Source: Neocallimastix sp. 'constans'
Taxonomy: Eukaryota
Length of the DNA: 64,000 nt
Assembly (NCBI GenBank): GCA_050613775.1
Contig: JBODTK010000128.1
Coordinates: forward strand, 62,001 to 126,000
Direction of reading: 5' to 3'
Shown: positions 58,001-64,000 of the stretch, piece after piece
How positions within the stretch are numbered: the stretch's first letter is position 1
How the letters are laid out: each line of letters opens with the position of its first letter
Translations under genes and position numbers: made by a program
The notes under the pieces: model-generated
The model's database searches: none
The model's input: only the letters and a program-made list of their open reading frames with translations
Told to the model about the DNA's origin: nothing

Positions 58001-60554
58001 CTTGCTTTACAGAAACTGTAGCTTGTTCATCAGACTTTTTATCAAAATTAAATTGAAATGAATCATTTGCTCCCATAGGGTGTCCGCCGACTGGACCACT
58101 AATAGTAATATTTTGTATTTGTATATCATTTTTAGAAAATGAGAGTCTTCCCTTCTTCGGTGATGTTTTATTTAAAAGTTGTTGTATTCTAACTAAAAAT
58201 CCTCGAAGATTAAAAGGTAATTGGAGTTGACCATCTCTTGCTAACATTATCTTTTCAATAATTTGATTCTTTAATTGATTCAATAAGCTTACTAATAAAT
58301 GAATATCTGGGAATGATATATTGTTAGCTATTAAATAGTTTCTAATAAGATTAGTTCGAATCATCAGCATATGATATCCTTGATAAAGAATTTCACTAAC
58401 ACGAATAACAACATGAGGGAAATATTTAACTATTGTTTGTATAATAGCAATAGCAGTTTGAAGTTTTGGGTAGCGTTCTTCAAAATAATGTAATAATTGG
58501 TTTGATTTGTTAACAAGAATAATACCAATAAAACTTGCCATAGAAAGAATAATTTTTGGGCATTCAGATAGAGTTCCCTTTTTGGATTCTCCATTTAATT
58601 TGTTTAAATTATCAATCACTTTTTGAGGTGTTTGATTTTCGTCGTCACTATCAACCAATGGATTCAATTTTGTACTTTCTTTCCTTGAGGATGATCCTAA
58701 TATCATTGAACTTGAAGTCGTCAAAGTTAATTTGTCCGTTGATCCTCTTACTATTGAATTTGAAGACTTTAATGAAGATTTTTCCGAAGAGCTTAACACC
58801 ATTGAACTTGAGGTCCTCAAAGTCGGTCTGTTCGTAGATCCTAATACCACTGAACTTGAATTCTTCAAAGTTAATTTATCTGGAAAGGTAGATGATGATG
58901 ATGATGATCTTGATACTTGAATACAACTGTAAGAATTCGAACGTCTTAAACTTTCATCTTCTGAACTTTTCAACATCTGAATCTTTGATTTTAAGGAAAG
59001 TGCATTGATACGTTCAGAAATTGGAACATCACCAACAGGAGATGATCTTGAACTCGAGATATAGGAAGTAGATTTATTATGACGAAGAGAAGTTGGAGTA
59101 CACGGATCACTAGATCTATTATTACGTCTTGTAACTTTACGATTTTCCATTAGTAAAGCTATTTCTCTGGAAACAGGAGACGAGCCATTGGAACCTTGTG
59201 AATGACTTCTCTTTACAAAAATATTACCTTTAAAAGGCATAGTAGGACGACCCCTAATAGATATATCATCTTTTACAACAGATGTATTAATTTTTATACC
59301 TTTAGGTCTAGATTTTAAATTTGATCTATAAGATATTTGACTTTCAGATAGCATTTTAGTATCTTTGTTTTCCTTTTCATTTCTTATTTCCATTTTATTC
59401 GATATTGATTGTTGATCTATTTGAGGTAATACTGAACGTCCAAACGGTACTTTTTGCTCTTTATCCTTTTCTTCCTTAACTTCTTTTTGAAGAGAAGCAA
59501 CCATTGTAGAAACAGATGTATTGTTTATTGATTTAATAGTAGTGGTATTATTTAATTTTGAAATTATTGGAGATGAAGGTGGAGTAATACCTGATATTTG
59601 TATTATCTCTGTTGAAAAATTAGATATCGAAGAACTAATACTATTCGAATTTGAAGAAGCCGAAGAATAAAATGACTGACGTTTATTATTTAAATCAATA
59701 TTAGAAATACTAGATATCGAAAGACGATAATCTGGATCGCTGGAAACACTACAATAGGATTGTCTTTTCAGATCATCTGCTATTAGAGTAGTATCTTCCT
59801 CAAATGAAGAAACAGCAAACGAACCTTGAGAATCACCACCTACAACAAAAGATACTTCATCACTTTTAATATCACCTTTTTGCATTACTTTATTACTATT
59901 ATAGATTATGGTTGAAGAAGATGGTTTCGTTTGAAAACTATTTATTTTTGTATTAGAATTATTTATATTGGCTGGTGTTGACAAAGTATTATGATTTTGT
60001 GAAATATTATTTACAGATTTTAATGGATTTGATGATATAGGGGTATTAGACTTTCTATCAAAACTATTAAAATGAGGATTAACTGGAGAAGATGTTATAG
60101 TTGAAAGTTTTGATAATCCTTCCATAAATTCTTTGGCCTCTACTGCCGTAGAAATAGATGGTTCTGAAAAATTTTCATCCTCATTTATATCATTATTAAT
60201 AGTTATTTTTAATGAACTTGGAAGAATTGTATTCGAATTTCCTCTTTTTGATTTATCATTAAATAGATCTATTATCTCTGTTGATGAACTTGAATTATTA
60301 CTTACTAGATTGGTTATTTTATAATTCATAATTTGAATATTTTCTTCTACATCTGCTATTTTTTGATCCTTTTTTAATAATTCTTGTCTTTGTTGGGATT
60401 CTAATGATTCTACAGCTTTATTTAGTATTGAATTATTTAATGCATTAGAATCATTCGTATTATCAATAACAATAGTATCTTCATGATTTGATGACGATAT
60501 GACAGAAGATGCATTATTCATAATTTTTTTGTTATCTGGTATTTGTACTGACAT
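55041..60554 (-). CDS. Dbl-family Rho guanine nucleotide exchange factor (DH domain + probably split PH), 1837 aa, intronless
   Basis: KREKIVEELFHTEKTYVKEL...LFGNLRDIFDFH...LQGYLLLPVQRLPRYLLLLEQLLKNT...VVEQCNERIR. PH-like ends LIKEGQF and ...NELYEWKEAIEKII. Confidence 0.92.
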   Translation of the reverse strand: MSVQIPDNKKIMNNASSVISSSNHEDTIVIDNTNDSNALNNSILNKAVESLESQQRQELLKKDQKIADVEENIQIMNYKITNLVSNNSSSSTEIIDLFNDKSKRGNSNTILPSSLKITINNDINEDENFSEPSISTAVEAKEFMEGLSKLSTITSSPVNPHFNSFDRKSNTPISSNPLKSVNNISQNHNTLSTPANINNSNTKINSFQTKPSSSTIIYNSNKVMQKGDIKSDEVSFVVGGDSQGSFAVSSFEEDTTLIADDLKRQSYCSVSSDPDYRLSISSISNIDLNNKRQSFYSSASSNSNSISSSISNFSTEIIQISGITPPSSPIISKLNNTTTIKSINNTSVSTMVASLQKEVKEEKDKEQKVPFGRSVLPQIDQQSISNKMEIRNEKENKDTKMLSESQISYRSNLKSRPKGIKINTSVVKDDISIRGRPTMPFKGNIFVKRSHSQGSNGSSPVSREIALLMENRKVTRRNNRSSDPCTPTSLRHNKSTSYISSSRSSPVGDVPISERINALSLKSKIQMLKSSEDESLRRSNSYSCIQVSRSSSSSSTFPDKLTLKNSSSVVLGSTNRPTLRTSSSMVLSSSEKSSLKSSNSIVRGSTDKLTLTTSSSMILGSSSRKESTKLNPLVDSDDENQTPQKVIDNLNKLNGESKKGTLSECPKIILSMASFIGIILVNKSNQLLHYFEERYPKLQTAIAIIQTIVKYFPHVVIRVSEILYQGYHMLMIRTNLIRNYLIANNISFPDIHLLVSLLNQLKNQIIEKIMLARDGQLQLPFNLRGFLVRIQQLLNKTSPKKGRLSFSKNDIQIQNITISGPVGGHPMGANDSFQFNFDKKSDEQATVSVKQDDLEIPMKKVDQEEQEGNISNKPTSPYDESRIITKTLYSDTVVMDSSYSFFRPVHRQNHENNKNDIKVGNNSIMRYGMDNGSGRRSHRGSTTSNGSINDPIVKDNVSVNNLIELFEKQTSQQRKSSKTLEEDNNTNGSESVSLPSQAPQANPRTHSLKYSLSQRKQKTNSMVSDDLVSISTSDSSEFDKMDFDENLGNQSMNISFTGGHRRSHSQPDDSFLDDKEEEVENEVSLSQEVSTELRQKFNKIQEKNDQKREPLRSQSMIFVKEKFLKNAHSDLFKAVKNLKPVSSLSSIVGTKPSPRLSVPSLDIRNNNDNSGNNNVKNSSDNNNNVMNSPDKLMKSPSFPVSKAQSLAFKREKIVEELFHTEKTYVKELASIVHLYLDPLDTVPGHFLDMQEYRILFGNLRDIFDFHNEVFAPRLEKSCFPDRNKSIVPPPSVGSFFQLNAPVLANLYGEYYTNSNMANNFLTRIQNSKSSRFSTSIVNNKPKEAIFKKENKKRLKKFKTFLQWVCGQPEHTQMSLQGYLLLPVQRLPRYLLLLEQLLKNTLETDKEYRDLNRAKEAIRMVVEQCNERIRRFEEKKRVIELISNVRLCSSNVHSKMIKSSSSAHNKRLLLDTVPAKTKVEFFVKLQNLTKLEDLKLIKEGQFQIYKVKQCNPTSNTNSKSNRKPRHGVREPSDFSNSPALRAQRVAMKAVNSVSNSESEMKNDSTNNNVNINNTFSSVSLNSVSPMIYNTVMKMSKSSNSYTSSAASSPPSSIRRRKNRRRSSLESLSPPFIKMLVNDKINGDMIKKNKLLSKTNNYNNHDDNISDNNNNDDDDNNNNNNVNNNDNTLTTTTTTAATANSNNNNNNKNVTLKRTLSTIEDTSGINSEFINSLTSNDLDNASNILINPSSAIWERVYLINNNLIEVLSSTNELVRIMELVKPKIGHLPNSILNPGCQVDIVTENGIQMLTVCDGQVMIYLMGLKNELYEWKEAIEKIIQ

Positions 60555-63500
60555 TTCTATATATTATATTTCTATACAATAAAATAATAATTTAAAATGA
60601 GTATTAGCTATTGTTCTTATACATTGTATTATAATATTTAAAAAAATTTTTAAAAATATATACTTTATTTATTTATTTATTTATTTATTTATAAACTTAC
60701 ACTAAATATTCTAATAAGTAAAAAAAAAATGGAAAAAATTATGTTATAAAATAAAAAGAAATAAATTTTATTTTCTTTTAAAGTAATAAATATAGAAAAG
60801 TTGTATAATAATATATGATTTTATTGTTAAGTTTTACTTTTAAAATATATTCTTAAAATATAATGAATATTTTTTAATTATTTTTTTGTTCTATGAAGTT
60901 ATATTTATTATTTAAAACACTTTTTTATAATTTTTTTTTAATTATTCATTAGATATAATTTAAACATTGAATAATAAAAAAAGTTTTTTGTTTATTGTAA
61001 AATTAACGTAAATCAATATATTTGTTATTTTTAATTTAACATAGAACGTATATTACATATGAATATGATTAAACTATATATTTAATGATAATAAAATTGA
61101 AATTTTACACATTTATATTGATCTTTTCAAAGTTTAATTATATCGAAACAAGATTTGCTTGCTTTTATTATTATTATCTATTTTCATTTACTTATATATT
61201 ATCGTTCTTTTTTCTTATATAAATCAATATCACTATTCCTAAATAAAAGTAATACTGTTAAGATTCAACTTAAATTAATTTTTATTGGGGAAAGAAATAA
61301 AAAATTATTGGATTTTTATTATTATTATTATTCTGCAAGTAATGTGAATATTAAACATATACAATTACAAAAAAAAAAAAAAAAAAAAAAGCTAATTTAA
61401 AATTTATTTTTAATTATTAATAAAACCTTTAATCTTTTAAATGTTCACGTTAACATTTCTTTCTTTCTTTTTTTTTTTTTAACACCTTTATGAAAATATA
61501 TTAATTATATATGTTGATTGATATTTTATATACTTTATAATTAGTATTTACTTTTCTCTTTCCCTGATTCTATTTAAAACATTGAAGATAAATAAATTAA
61601 TTATATTTTTTTACTCAGTAAAAAGTATTATATAAAATATCCTTTGATATGGTGAAATTTATACATTAATAATTATAAAATAATATTTTAATTATTGTGA
61701 ATTGAATGTTTATTTAACTTTTAATGTTTAATTTATTTTTTAATGAATTTCTTTTTATATAAATATTATATTTTAAAATATGAAGTTTACCATCTACAAT
61801 ATATATTCAATTAATAAAAATAAATATGTTAAATAAAAAAAAAAAAAGATAAAATAAAAGAAATTTTATTCTATATATATAGATTTTAATATACTTTCAA
61901 GTTATCTTTTATCTTTTTAGAAATAATTTAAAATTAATATTTATTATTTTTAATATTTTTTCTTAAATTTCATAAATTATTTATTGACTTGTAATTTAAT
62001 ATTTATTAATATGTTTAACGAAGAAAAATATTTTTTAAATTCATTTCCTTAAACAAAAAAAAAAGTCCTTGTTTAAAAAAATATTCTTTAAAATTAGTTA
62101 TGCATAAATGAATTATATGACGTTTTTTTAATTTTATTTTTTATTTATCTTTATTAATACTTTAATTATTTTTCTTTTTCCTTTCATAGAAAAAAAAATA
62201 ATAATTTCAATTACTAATATAAAATATAAAAAAATAAAAAATAAAAAGAAAAAATAAATAATAAATAATATGAACACAAAACTTAAATGAACTTTTTAAA
62301 AAAAGAAAAAAAGAAAAAGAAAAAGAAAAAGACAAATATTAAGATTTGCTTTTTTCCTTCTTTTTTTTTTTCAAACAATGTATTTTTTATTATTAAAATA
62401 GTTGTGAAGAAATTAAAAAAAAAAAAAAAAAAGTAATAATGAAGGGATGGTAAATTGTATTTATATATAATTTTCTCAATTAAAAATGATTTTATTATAT
62501 AATAAATTTAATATATGATTATTATTATTCTTATATAATATTTTATTATAATTATTCAATATATATTTTTATTTATTTATTATTTATTATTTATTATGTA
62601 TTTTTTTTTAAAAAAAAAATTTAAATTTTAAAAAAAATAAATAAATAATTTTTTAAATTCAAAATTATATATATATTATTATATATCACTTGATTTATTT
62701 ATATTTATTATAAAATGATTAAATTATTTTTATTATAATATTAGTATAATATTATTATATTTCTTTTATATTTTCAATTTTATATAATTAATTAGAATAT
62801 AATTGAAATACATTTTCATTTCAAAATAGTTAGTATATTATAATATATTATTTTTAATTGAAATCTTATTATCATATATTATGAATAAATGGAAATAAAT
62901 AAATTGAATATATTAATATTAATTTTTATATTTAATCTTTTTAATGTTATGCCATTTAATTTATATGAAATTTTAATATTATTTACATTACAGTATAATT
63001 AATTTATTATGATATAATAATATTATATTATATTTATTATTTTGTGTAACCAATTAAAATTAAGTATTTATATTAATATATTTTAATTATCTTTCTGGTC
63101 TATTATTAAAATGTAGTTGATAATTCAACACTACTTAATTTTATTAATTATATATTATATATTATAATATAAATATATATAATTTATTATATTATCTTTT
63201 ATTTTAATTTATTTCCAGCATAAAAAAAAATCGAATAAAATTAAAATGAGTCTTAATTAAAAATAGATAGAACCAAATTTATTATTAAATTACAAAAGAA
63301 GAAGAAAAAAAAAATGTTAAAAAAGTTTATTAAATTACAAAGGAAGATAAAAAAAAAATTATTAAAAAAGTTTAAAATAACCAAAAAACTTTTCAATTAT
63401 TCATTTTAATTACTAGTAATTAGTAAAAATTCCAAGTTAATAAAATATTCATTAAATGTATTATTTATATATTACATTCTTGGGTTTATATTTCCTTCTT

Positions 63501-64000
63501 TTATACATGTTCGTTTATATATTTATGCAATTATCTTATTTATTTATTTTATATTATATAAAAATTTACTGTTTATAAATTTTTATAAAATTTTATTTAT
63601 CAATTGTAGTTCATGATGAATAAATATTTTAATGTCAGCAATTCATATTAAAATTGCCATAAAAATAAACTGTTAATTTATTATATGTAATAGATACATT
63701 TATATATGTAATAATTTCATATTTATCATAAGTTTAGCATACGTTATTTAATATTATGTAGTACAAAAAATCATACCGTTATTTGTATTTTTAAGTAAAA
63801 ACTAATTAGTATATTATAATATTTAAACTTTTCAAATCATTTGAATACAAATTAATACTTTCCATATACATATATTATTATATTTACATATTCAAATATT
63901 TATATATATATATATTTGTATATTTATTTTTATATTTACATATTAATATATTAATATATTTATATGTTCATAAATTTATATGTTTATTTATATATTATTC

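Noticed and set aside
58075..58115. CRIB motif in the RhoGEF (ITISGPVGGHPMG)
   Set aside because: Only ISxP is present; the FxHxxH part of the consensus is missing.

Overview
Extremely AT-rich, intron-rich eukaryotic DNA with long A/T and (AAT)n tracts. Flagellar genes together with fungal-style housekeeping genes point (by inference) to a zoosporic fungus, most likely an anaerobic gut fungus (Neocallimastigomycota). Hand-splicing gives 11 protein genes: CFAP53/trichoplein-like (partial), RPL1/uL1, an EF-hand protein, IFT172, an eIF2-alpha kinase, Zwilch, a CAMK-group kinase, PEX22, APC7, MED25 and an intronless DH-PH RhoGEF. Between them lie four decayed LINE-like 3' fragments, a trypsin-like protease pseudogene, a decayed duplicate of the Zwilch 5' end and many microsatellites. 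The main highlights are: (1) an HRI-like eIF2-alpha kinase with an N-terminal FixL-style PAS domain and a C-terminal CxxC/coiled-coil/transmembrane anchor, visible only after splicing; (2) an AT-AC minor-spliceosome (U12) intron in IFT172; (3) a plant-type PEX22 in a probable obligate anaerobe; (4) MED25, Zwilch and APC7, which model yeasts lack. All family calls rest on motif recognition from memory; no searches were run.
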